From Alloascoidea hylecoeti (taxonomy: Eukaryota), in contig BCKZ01000024.1 in NCBI GenBank assembly GCA_001600815.1, forward strand, positions 244,464 to 299,131: a DNA stretch of 54,668 bases. Direction: 5' to 3'. Shown piece after piece: positions 1-11,110 of the stretch. The translations under genes were made by a program, and so were the position numbers. Positions within the stretch are counted from its first letter, which is position 1. The number at the start of each line of letters is the position of its first letter. Under the pieces are notes generated by a model that saw only the letters and a program-made list of their open reading frames with translations, was not told the DNA's origin and made no database searches.

Positions 1-208
1 TAAATAAAAAATTTACCAATACATCTGGACTGCAATTGAAGATTATACGTTCTGTGGTAAGCTTCCTCAATTCCTCCAAGTTTTCTTGGAGTTTTAAATC
101 TCCAAAATAATTCGCCATATTTATTTGGCACAATTGATCCCCATTTTCTCTGATTTTTTCTTCGACATCTTCTGCAAACCGCTTAAATTTCACTATAATA
201 CTCTCCAT
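1..208 (-). CDS. 5' part of a hypothetical protein running off the window edge (MESIIVKFKRFAEDVEEKIRENGDQLCQINMANYFGDLKL...)
   Basis: ATG at 208; 69 codons without a stop up to base 1; TATA-like TATATAAA around 445-453. No family recognised. Confidence 0.35.
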   Translation of the reverse strand, partial: MESIIVKFKRFAEDVEEKIRENGDQLCQINMANYFGDLKLQENLEELRKLTTERIIFNCSPDVLVNFLF

Positions 209-1339
209 TCTGTGTGGTAAAGAAAAGAAAATGGGACTGATAAGAAGGATGAGGTAGAAGTACAATTACCTGGTGATGAATTATACTGATTTATTTTTAT
301 TTGAGAATAAAATAAGCATTTGTCCGAGTAATGGCCCCAATTTTTAATCGTGGGTGATATCTTGTTTTGGTTGAAAGAGAGGGTAATTGAAATAGTCTAC
401 ATAAATCGTCCGGACCAGACCAATTGAGAAGGTCCCAAAAGCTTATATATAAAGAGATACAGGTATCGTCAAAAATGAATCAATCCTCCTAAGACTACGC
501 GGAAATAAATAAACCAATATTTCTCAATTATGCGAATATAATAGAAGGTATTTCGGTAGAACATACCCTTCTTCAAGTCTATATAGAAAAAAATGTATAC
601 AATAGAAAATTGCAAACTAATGTATGTCAGATATGCATATATGCATATATTCCAATTATGGTATATGGTTATTGTTGGATATCTAGGCTGTAGTAACAGT
701 TGTATATATAATATATAGGCGCATGTTAAAACATCAAAAGCGTTAATTAAGTTTAGTTAAATATGCTGACAATAATGCAAAAAAGCCAAAGATACACATA
801 CCAGGCCACCCTAAATTGTCGCATTTCAACTAGGAATTAAAAAAGCACAAATATAAATTATTAAAGCAAATATTACTATAATCTACTTAATCTCATAATT
901 CTGATAATATAAGCTCTAACTATTTCTTTGTAGATTGTTTCGTTTTTTTTGTGACCGTTCATCTACGATGTAGCGTATTGACCTCACTAGCTCCAAGTTT
1001 CCAACACCTCTCTTTATTATCTCCAGATAATTGTATGTAATTAGTGACTTCCTCTCTCAGGAGTCCATATTCCACTATAGCCAATATATTATTATGTAGT
1101 TAATTTTCTAATTATAATTAAACCATGTTATTTAGTAATTAATTTATTTTTATATATGATATTATACAGAATTTCGATGATAATTCGTATGAAATACAAC
1201 TAGTCAAAAGTTCCTTTTCTGTCAAAGCATATGGATATGGTGAAGCATCCTGTGGTTTTAAAAATATATCAATTGGGATATTTAATGAAAAATCATAGCT
1301 ATCACAATGGAAGATCGAATGGTTTATATCAAAAGAATT

Positions 1340-2680
1340 ATAATTTCATTCTCGATTCAGTTGAAGCAATGCTACTCTTCTCATCAGCATATAATAAAGA
1401 ATTATATTTCATTTTTGATTCAGTTGAAACAGTATTATAATTATTATTCCTCTCAGAATTAAAACTGTTAGTACTATACCTGTAACTGGATTTTAATATT
1501 TTTTTAATTCTTTTTTGATATTGCCTGCTATGTTTTCAAGTATTGGTACCGGTTCTGGGGATTTGAATTCGATTTGAATTTCCAATTCATAAGATCTTTA
1601 TAGGTAACAGGACTCAAAATTTGGAATTAAATCAGAAGCAGTAAACGTAAAATTGACATCCCAATAATAGTATGAATCAGTAAACGTGGCTTCAAATCTG
1701 TAATCAGCGATGGAGGCTTTAGTACCCCATCAATTAATATTGGAGTAAATAAATTTCAATGGATATAGAATTACTATCCGCGGCCAGTTGAAAATATTGA
1801 ATTGATTTCTTTGGAAGATGCTTATAAAGCATCCTAGTTATATTCCTAGATAAGTATTATACTGGATCGAACGAAGTGAAATAACTTTAATCATTGACAT
1901 TATTTGATCTGGATAATAATTTTCTTTCTCTGTAAACCATTCGAAATGTTTATAAAATAATAACTTTCCTATTTTTGTAATCTATTGAATGAATTGTTTT
2001 TAATTTCATATTACCCATGATTATTAAAATTTTCAGCTGATACGTATTTTTTAGTGTCGAGATACGGCCGAAGAAGATGATTGGAAAGAGCAGGGTACGA
2101 TGGAACAAGTAAAAAATACCGAGATGTTCTGAATTTTGGGAAAATTTTTGACCTACCTATAGGGAGTTACTAGAGTGATAGGCTCACACTCAATCATTGC
2201 TTCAATACAGTATAATATCTGGACGTTAAGGTTGCCGTCATCATAGCGACTTGAAGGAAATATATCTTGTTCACAATTGTTAGATAAAGCTGTTCCAGAA
2301 GAGATAGTCATTATCGATATCCATAAATGGCAGCTTGGATTCTCCGTTGACACTTGAAGGTAGACGATGATGGAGCAAGCTATCATGGCATGGTTCTGAT
2401 AATTTCTCAGGAATAGTAAAACTAAACGGTAGCTTATACTTATCACCAGCTAAAGCTATATTATCCTTAGGGACATCAATCCCTGCTGTTGGAAACTTAT
2501 CATCGCCATTTGAGAGTATTTCGAAATTACATTTTATATTATTGTGTTTGGTGACGATTCCTTTCATAGAGATTTTTAAACGATCGTAAGAAAAAGTGAG
2601 AAAAAGTAAACTCAGGATCTAGATTAACAAAACCTTTAATAGTCTCACCTAGAAGATAAATTAGTCTTTCGTTTAGAAAA
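1340..2680 (-). pseudogene. Arrestin/Bul1-like ubiquitin-ligase adaptor pseudogene
   Basis: Ordered fragments in different frames: IYLLGETIKGFVNL and YDRLKISMKG (arrestin-N start), KYKLPFSFTIPEKLSEPCHDSLLHHRLPSS (ORF 2280-2567), VQILYCIEAMI (ORF 2153-2446), and C-terminal LIPNFESCYL*RSYELEIQIEF with an in-frame TAA at 1598-1600. Several frameshifts and stops. Boundaries approximate. Confidence 0.62.
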
Positions 2681-4125
2681 AAAATGAAGAAGTTTCCCCT
2701 TAGAGATTGCTATTTTGCGTTCTTTTGACCATTAATCGATATTATTTCATGAGAATCGCATTTGGCCTAACATTTGAATATCAAGAGTTCGAGGTATCGT
2801 GTTCAGGCTCTATTATAGATACACCACTAGGGCTGAGACGCAAAGTTCATGATTAAGTAAAGTAGTTGTTTGAAATAGATTAATTTATGGTGCAATAAAG
2901 ATATAAAATAAATTTTTGTTCGTGCTTCTATTATTATATTTTGGGAATATTAAGAATTCCTTAGTCATTTATTATAGGTGGTAATAGAGAGTTTGTATAT
3001 ATAACGTTTTGTAATTCTACCGTGCTAGAGCTGTGCATGAACTGTTCACCCAATTGGGAATCTTACATACCAGCAAGTTTTTTTAAAAATTGTAATAAAA
3101 AAACAAACTCTCTTTTTTTACATTTGCGCTTTTTACAATCTTATACCCTCGTTTTTGCTTCATTGATAAAATTCAGAACAGCTTCAATATGCCACTTTAT
3201 GAAGATCCTAACGTTACTTATATTGATATATTTTGAGGTTATCTTCACTCCAATTGATTCTACTTTCTTTTGTAGGTGATTATGTTTCACTCGTTGCCGT
3301 TACCCCACTAACAGCAGTTGATGTTTCTCCATCACAGAATCTTCAAAGTAGTCTGAAGGGTTGTAAATAGGCACTGAAGCATCTGAACTGTTGAGAAGGT
3401 GGGACATTTAGAGAAAAGTCGAGGATAATTGTTACGGAGTGTGAAGTAGAGCAAAATAAAATATTTTGAAATCTGCAGAAGATTCAATATGGTAGTTTTT
3501 CCAGGCTAGAGTGGTGAATTTATGGTTCTAATGCCTTGTGTGGAATTCTTATTGGTCATTTTGCCCGTGATGACTACCACGGGGCAGTTGCGTAATATGG
3601 TGCCTCGATCTTAACTATGGTAAACCCTGGAACGGTATTCCGGGTGGAACATGATCGTATGAAAAGTACTGGCAATTGATATGCCTTTTAGGGTCAAATC
3701 GGAATAACGGGTATGGGTCATCGGGGTGTAAAGTTAGGCATACATGTATAGCGAGTTCCACATGGGTGCGTACAAAATGGCGCCCACTACGGTATATCAA
3801 TCAGAATTGTAAAACTATGGGTGAACAAGGGTGGCACATGATTTAACAATGGTCGGCAAACACTTATTTCACATTCGAAGTTTGAACAAATATTTTGAAT
3901 TAGCTCTCCGTGTATAAAATCCGATGGTGTTTCTGCATACTAATTTAGATATATTGGTATGATTTAACCGTAGATCTAGACCTACATCTATATCTTTATG
4001 ATATAAATCAAGATCATGAGTTTAATAAATATATACTAATCTAGATCTTCATCAGAAAGAAGTTGCGAAGAATATTAACAATAGCTATTATTATAATACT
4101 ATAATGGAATATTCAAAGTTTATTA

Positions 4126-7100
4126 TTATTTATCGTTTTCAAGCTCTTTATCTAGCCATTCTATTGCCTTCTCTAGACTACCACCTGGATTGCTAACCTT
4201 ACCTTCCTTTTCATTCCCATCTTCGTCATCATCAATATTTATAATATCCACGTCCTCTTCAACTTCTTCAATACTATTCAATTTTATTTCTTCTTTTTTA
4301 TTAGTTTTCGTAAATACAAAAGAAATCATTTCTCTTTTTTCTTTTTGCATATTTCGAAGTGCATTTTCTAGAACAGTATCATTTAATTTATTTATATCTG
4401 ATTTTAATAATTCTTCTGGGTCATAACAATCAAAGTCAAGTAATCCCGATAAAGATGAATTTCCTCTTGAAGGTGTTGGAATACCATGTTCTGCTATTAA
4501 TGTAGCTGATTGAAACCCACCCAATGTTTCAACTATATCATCTGGACTATTACTTCTACTTTCCATTTCTTTATCATTTTCTATTTCACTTATCGCTGGA
4601 AATATTTCCTTTTCTTTTTTTTTGACTTCTTTTTGTTCTCTAATTAAATCATAAGTAAGGCATTTTCCATCATGATAAGAGAATAAATCTTTTAATTCTG
4701 ATTGTGTAAATGTACTGCTACTAGATTTTCCATTTGAACCGCTGTTATTACTGGATTTTGTTTTTAAGTTCTTTTCATTTTCTTTATCTGATGGATCATC
4801 TTCAAACATATCGACTAAGGATCCTTTATCACATCCTCTCCACCATATTCTTTCTTCAATCCCACCACAACCAATAAATCTATAAATGACAACATTTTTC
4901 TTTTGTCCATCTCTATATATTCTAGCCATGGCTTGTGTATCAATGGCAGGATTCCAATCCGTATCAAATAGAATTAGTCTTGATCCACCAATTAGATTTA
5001 ATCCAACACCACCAGCTCTTGTTGTTAATAAAAATGCAAATATACAATATTGAGTTGAATTATTAAATAGTGATACCAATTCTGATCGTTTTGATTGTGG
5101 GGTTGAGCCATCTAATCTCACTAATGGTAATGAGGAATGTTTTAATAAGCTTTCTAATAAATCTAAAGTTGACGTATGCTGTGATATAATTACTACTTTT
5201 TCATCAGTTTTATTATAAATTTCAGTTAAAAGAGATAATAATGTTATTGTTTTACCTGAATGATTAGTGGATAATAAGTTCGATGGTATCTCTATATCTG
5301 ATAATAAATTACTTGAATTAAACTTATCTTTTGATGAAGATGAAGATGAGGATCCGATCAATGATTGTAATTGATTTCTTGCTAAAGCTGGAGAATTTGT
5401 TATCTTCTTCAATATACCAATACTTCTTAATGGTTGTTGACAACTTTTAATCATTTCTGAATTTAATAATAATTTATATAATTTTAATTGTTTTGGAGTT
5501 GGTTTTATAAATAAAATAGTTTCAGTTTTTAATGGTAAATAATTATTTAAAATTGATGAATCTCTTCTTAATATAAAAGGATTTGTAATTGATTTTAATT
5601 CATTTGATAATAATTGCATTTTTTTAATATCATTTTTATTGGCATATGGTTGTCTACCTTTCATTATTGGATCAATAAATCTTTTTTTAAATTTTGATAA
5701 TGAATTAGAACTATTAGAATCATTATCATTATTATTATTAAAAATTTGTGGATTTAAGAAATTAATCATTGAATAAAATTCAACTAAATCATTTTGAATA
5801 GGTGTACCAGATAAAATAATTCTTTTATTACAATTTAAACTAATAATTGCTTTTGAAATTTTATTATTAATATTTTTTAATATATGACCTTCATCACAAA
5901 CGATTAAATCAATTTTAACCTCTCTTATTGAATCTTGAATTAATCTTAATTTTTCATAACCAATAATTACAATTTGATAAACTCGACCTTTTATAAAATC
6001 ATTTAAATTGGACTTTGAATTAACGATAAATATACCAATTCTATCATTACCAAGCCATTTTTGAATTTCTCGTTTCCAGTTTGTAATTAATGAAACCGGA
6101 CAAACAATCATTGCTTTTTTGATTACCGGATTGGTAATTATATTACTACTTGTGGTATAATCGGACGCATCGACAATTGGATTCTGTTTTAATAATGTCC
6201 ATATTAAAGCAATTGTTTGGAGAGTTTTGCCTAAGCCCATGGAATCGGCTAATAGAGCTCCATTTCCTGGGTATGATTTGAAACCCATAATACATTCATA
6301 TAGAAAAATTACACCTTCTTTTTGATGAGGTCGAAGATGTTTTGATATTAAAGGATCAACAACAACATCAACAATATATTTATCTTTACTTACCATTTCC
6401 TTTGGCGGTTTAGGCATAACTATAGCACCTGGTTTCTTAGGATCATGTCTTGGATTTATTAAATGTTTGATAGTGTTGACACTAATTGAATTGGTAGTTG
6501 TTGTACTATTAAGCGTATTAGGTGTTATTATTGGCCGATATCGTTTGATTTTTGCAATTGATGGAAATGATATTTCATTCTCTGTAATATCCATGGAAAA
6601 ATCATTATCTCCATCTACTAAAGTTTTCTTAATAGGAGTTGAAATTCCTGGTGCTTTATTCTCTGGATCTATAACAATATTATTTCCATCATCCTGTAAT
6701 TCAACTTCATAATTACCCATTTTAAAAATAACACCAGATTCCATTATCTTAACTTTTGAATGGCGTGATTGACTAAGAGTATTTGAAGATAAATCCTTTA
6801 GAATAAGATGATTTGATTTTGGTGTATACAGTAATTCACCATCTCCATCCCATGTTTTATTCTTTTTATTAGTTTGTTTCCTGAACAAAACTGTATAAGA
6901 TAACGCATCTGATTTTGGGGTTGTGGGTATTAAATTAGTTGTTGCTGTTACTTGTGGTGAAGATCTTGTTGGTGTTCGCGTTCTTTTACGTGAAATAGGC
7001 GTGGTCGCGACGCGTTCATTTGGAGTTACAGTTACTGGTGGTGATGGCGACCCTGGTGAAGCTGTTAAGGTTTCTTTTGATGGGGATGACTGATTTATAA

Positions 7101-7167
7101 GTCTAGGGGGCTTAAAAGGACGATGAATCTTTTGCGATTTGCCATTAAGATATGATTGAGGGTACAT
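4126..7167 (-). CDS. RDH54: Rdh54/Tid1 (Rad54B-like) SNF2-family DNA translocase, 1013 aa
   Basis: N-terminal PFKPPR motif; KKNKTWDGDG domain typical of Rdh54/Rad54B; LRPHQKEGV, ADSMGLGKT, CDEGH, LSGTPIQN, GGVGLNL, DWNPA and QAMARIYRDGQ helicase motifs. Confidence 0.92.
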   Translation of the reverse strand: MYPQSYLNGKSQKIHRPFKPPRLINQSSPSKETLTASPGSPSPPVTVTPNERVATTPISRKRTRTPTRSSPQVTATTNLIPTTPKSDALSYTVLFRKQTNKKNKTWDGDGELLYTPKSNHLILKDLSSNTLSQSRHSKVKIMESGVIFKMGNYEVELQDDGNNIVIDPENKAPGISTPIKKTLVDGDNDFSMDITENEISFPSIAKIKRYRPIITPNTLNSTTTTNSISVNTIKHLINPRHDPKKPGAIVMPKPPKEMVSKDKYIVDVVVDPLISKHLRPHQKEGVIFLYECIMGFKSYPGNGALLADSMGLGKTLQTIALIWTLLKQNPIVDASDYTTSSNIITNPVIKKAMIVCPVSLITNWKREIQKWLGNDRIGIFIVNSKSNLNDFIKGRVYQIVIIGYEKLRLIQDSIREVKIDLIVCDEGHILKNINNKISKAIISLNCNKRIILSGTPIQNDLVEFYSMINFLNPQIFNNNNDNDSNSSNSLSKFKKRFIDPIMKGRQPYANKNDIKKMQLLSNELKSITNPFILRRDSSILNNYLPLKTETILFIKPTPKQLKLYKLLLNSEMIKSCQQPLRSIGILKKITNSPALARNQLQSLIGSSSSSSSKDKFNSSNLLSDIEIPSNLLSTNHSGKTITLLSLLTEIYNKTDEKVVIISQHTSTLDLLESLLKHSSLPLVRLDGSTPQSKRSELVSLFNNSTQYCIFAFLLTTRAGGVGLNLIGGSRLILFDTDWNPAIDTQAMARIYRDGQKKNVVIYRFIGCGGIEERIWWRGCDKGSLVDMFEDDPSDKENEKNLKTKSSNNSGSNGKSSSSTFTQSELKDLFSYHDGKCLTYDLIREQKEVKKKEKEIFPAISEIENDKEMESRSNSPDDIVETLGGFQSATLIAEHGIPTPSRGNSSLSGLLDFDCYDPEELLKSDINKLNDTVLENALRNMQKEKREMISFVFTKTNKKEEIKLNSIEEVEEDVDIINIDDDEDGNEKEGKVSNPGGSLEKAIEWLDKELENDK

Positions 7168-7241
7168 ATATGATTTTAGATATTAATGGTGTGGTGATGC
7201 ATTTATTTGATAGAATTGACTAAATTTACCTTAATAACAAA

Positions 7242-7273
7242 TTACGTAATAATAATTATATATTATTACGTAA
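7242..7273. promoter_or_regulatory. Perfect 13-bp inverted repeat carrying two TTACGTAA (bZIP/Yap-type) sites, 75 bp upstream of RDH54
   Basis: TTACGTAATAATA-attata-TATTATTACGTAA read directly. The regulatory role is inferred. Confidence 0.4.
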
Positions 7274-7579
7274 CATAAGGCATGGTTTACCTAGCATAGT
7301 TATGAATTAGTAACTATCATTTTCAGCTCAATAATAGCGCGAGTGTTATCCTCTATTGCCGCTAGAGACTAGAGTCCGATTAGCTATGTTTGATTATAAA
7401 CGTTTATTTCCCCGCGTGGTCGATCATTGGTGAATACAGTAAATTCATTACACGTGATGATGATTACATAATAATTGGATCAAAATTTAATTGTTACTGA
7501 ACCACAGTGCCCACAACCATATCAATCTTAACGATTCTAAACTGCTTTTCGCTCTTATAAGATCTATATATGAGATAAG

Positions 7580-10500
7580 AAATGGTAATATGCCATTTCT
7601 CATTTATGGGTATCGATTTGAGTGAGATTTAGCTCTTTTAAGCAAGTTTTAGTACACAATGATACACCTATTGCCATGTTAAGGCTAAGCCATGTGTATT
7701 TGGAACTGAGGATATCGGTCTATTATAGAATAAATAGTTTTTTAGCCGTAAAGATTCATTTAAGCATAATTAATGATACACATATATGGACGGTGCTTTA
7801 TCGAGGTCACTCATTGTTTCCCGAATGTTGTATAATTTGCAATATACAATGTACTAATAATCGTAAATGACATACTTATATTATATTAAAATAGATGACA
7901 GATGCAAGTATGCATAACGATGGAAACGAATTATAATCATGTGCATGTGCACCGTACTGTATAAGTATGAGTAATCCTTTAATTTTCTAAAACAATTCTA
8001 TTACCATGTCGATAATATTATTTTCACGATCGAGGAGTAAAATTAATATCGCAATGATAATATTATACTATATTAAATCAGTCAGCCGCCTGTACAGATT
8101 TGTTAATGAGAAGATCCTCAGAATTCAATCATTGTCTATGATTAACCTTGTAATTGATCTAAAATTCGAGCTGAAATATATTTATTTAATTGTACATGTA
8201 GCTTTCTGCTTACGTTTCAATTTTAAAATATGCAATTGTAGCTGAAGAAATCCACAATTTGAAAGATATTCATTCTATTGCAAACTAATTAATGTATTAC
8301 AAATTGGAACATCAAATGGAACATTCTGTCTCTGTAATTGTTTCGGTAATTATTCCCGATTAAACTATCATGAACTAAAGTGATTTAGTAGTTCTGTTGT
8401 AACTAGTCAATTTTCTTAGCTTTATAAATAAAGTACGGTACCTGTATTGGCCTTGCTAATTATAATGAAACGGCACATAAGTCCGCGGCGTTATATAGGG
8501 CCACGCAGATCCGTAAGCATAAACTGCCCTGACCGCACAGAGTGTATGTATTATTAATATACGTATATATATAGGTTTATTTTCATGTCACAAGTTATTT
8601 GTAGTACTCATGCACAAGGAAATTAAAATAGGCTAAAATCGATGTCGTAACACGGTTATGTATATTAAATATAACCGGTACCGATCATGAGCAACAATCA
8701 AATTTGTATATAAATCAGAAAATAAACAAACCTGTATTAGGGTTTGAAAATCATTTTTATATCATCATGTTTTTAGAAACATTTTACCATGATTAGGAAT
8801 CAGGATTAAGAATTCAGGATATCAATGATCATCCAGTTTTCCACTTATATAATCACCACGTTAACCTTTAAATTCAGCTTTTCTAAATTAAAGTGATTAA
8901 AAAAAATCTCCTCTTGTAAACATTATATAATTTAACAAATCGAATTCATGTGAATGGATATTATAATTAACTGTTTATATATACCAAGAATGGAATATTA
9001 ATTAATAGTATAAATTTAGACTGAATTTGAATAATAGTGTCAAATTTACTGAGTTTACACTTTATAAGCATTACTATTAGTGCCTATATATAGATCTAGA
9101 TATAAATTTAGTTTATTGAAATTTGAAACCCTTGGTAGTCTCGGATCAAGTTACTTTAATCATAAAAAATGAGAAGAACTCGAGTTTAATTAGTATTAAA
9201 TGATGTGTGTGACACTAGATTATTAATTGTTTAGTTACAAAAGTACTCTTTAGGGTTAGATTACTATATTTCATACCCACCGGTACCAAGTTAGCAACTA
9301 TCATTTAACTAGCTTGTGTAATTAGTGTCTTAGATGGAACATTTGCTGATCCGGGTAAATTGATGCTGGTATGCAATGATATGCAGATCTAGAGCTCGAG
9401 TCTTTACTTTTTTTTGATCTTCATCCGTATGTATGAACGTAAACTATGAATACCATAATAAAACTTAATTGATTCCAACTCTATATATAAGATCTTATAA
9501 GCCTTACGTGTGTAGATTCCTATTAAAGTGTTAAAGTTGAGAATAAATAAGCAAAAATAAGAACAAATCAAAGGAAAAAATGAAAAAATGGTAAAAATGA
9601 GGTTAATTCCTTATGCATATCGCGTGTGAGTTTTTGATTCGGATAGCCTTTACCGACTTGAACGGCGGCTTCATAAACATGAATAAATTTTATAAATAAT
9701 AGATGACTCGCCGCTAAACATTAACACAGTCGCATAGCATGGGTACTACGAGTACAAAGAAGTTGACGGGTGCTAAATTTAAAGGATGAAACATGATACT
9801 TTTGTAATTATACATGGGTGTAGGGATCAAATGAATGGTTTTATAATCATTGTATTGCATATTTTCTATGGATATCTTTAAATCTGTAAAAATTTGCTGT
9901 AAAAATTCGATTAAGGCGACTGTCATTAATATTATAAATCCATGGAATCACTGTTAAATAATGATCTCCAGTGCCTATTTAGCTGAATATAACAACAACT
10001 AGTTGTAATTAATTACACAAGTTAAGAAGGGGTTTCAAAGTTGAGTATGTATTTCTCGTTATTGTACATTAGAAGTATTACAAACTTTTTACAATTGCAG
10101 CATTGCAAAGCTGAGCAAACTCATTTTAAAATTTTAACCAATTTTAATTAATTAATGTGGCTGCAAAATGTGGGGCGCTTAAAATTATCGATATATCCGG
10201 ATATACCCACATTTATTATATTGGGATATCTCTTCTCTCAATGATAATTGAATGATTATACCACCTTCTATTTTTTGGCTCCTAATTATGAGCAAAAAAA
10301 TTGTTGTTATAATATTCATATGAGGTTGAAATATTAATATAATCAATGATACGCAATATATAATAATGTAACTTTTTGACTCATTTATGGAAACTTATAA
10401 TTATGTATTATGTAAGGGAATTGTTTGTGTACCTGTAAGCTTATATGAATTATAATTAATTAATAGAATAACCCTTCCTTGAAACATATGATATAATTAA

Positions 10501-10700
10501 AATATATTACTACCAATATTGTCGTGTGAGAAAATTACTATAGGAATCAGAGCGATAGATCTCCGTTCGAAAACCAAATTAAAGTGGATAAAGATCCAGA
10601 TACAAAACAAAAAATAGAATCTTAATTGTGTGCCTTTTGCCTTTACTGTTCCAGTGTTCTAGCTCAACTACGGATACACATCTCAATTAATGTACGTATA
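7580..10700 (+). mobile_element. Fossil L1-like non-LTR retrotransposon ORF2, copy A (APE endonuclease, RT, CCHC)
   Basis: In order, across frameshifts: YGRCFIEVTH..FAIYNV (~7785-7853), SRLYRFVNEKIL..LS-D-NLVI (~8084-8155, SRLDR/SDH region), VFHLY-ITTLTFKFSF (~8836-8885), IHVNGYY.LF (8944-8976), ITISAY--D-DINLV (~9070-9113, YADD region), KYSLG (9241-9255), CAFC..TDTHLN.C (10629-10693). Confidence 0.55.
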
Positions 10701-11110
10701 AATTTAAGTTACACAGCTTTGAAGTAATTATTAACGAATATTATTATCATTAATAACATTGAATGTTTCTGGGTAATTAGGTTTTATAGTTAATTATAAA
10801 GTGGCTATAGTATAGCGCTAGATAGCCTTAAGTATAACTGTATCTTTAAATCTGCCACCAAGCTTTAAGCTTTAAACTTTTTATTTTTTCAATCAAAATC
10901 AAATAATTATAGCTAACTATATACCTATTAATAAGATATTTCACCTTTATTATCATATATACGAATAATACGCTTAAGCTTAATATAAATTTGGCAATTA
11001 ATATTGGGAGGATCCTCAGCCATCAGCTCAAAAAGTTGGTGTATATCCGCTTATATTGAAATGTCCCGCTTTCGCCTCACAATCAGGCTCGTCTGGTATC
11101 AAATTCAATT

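Noticed and set aside
3680..3790. U5 loop-like TGCCTTTTA and RNase MRP/P-like GAAAAGT and ACAAAATGG strings
   Set aside because: The required flanking stems, the P4 pairing partner and an Sm site are missing.
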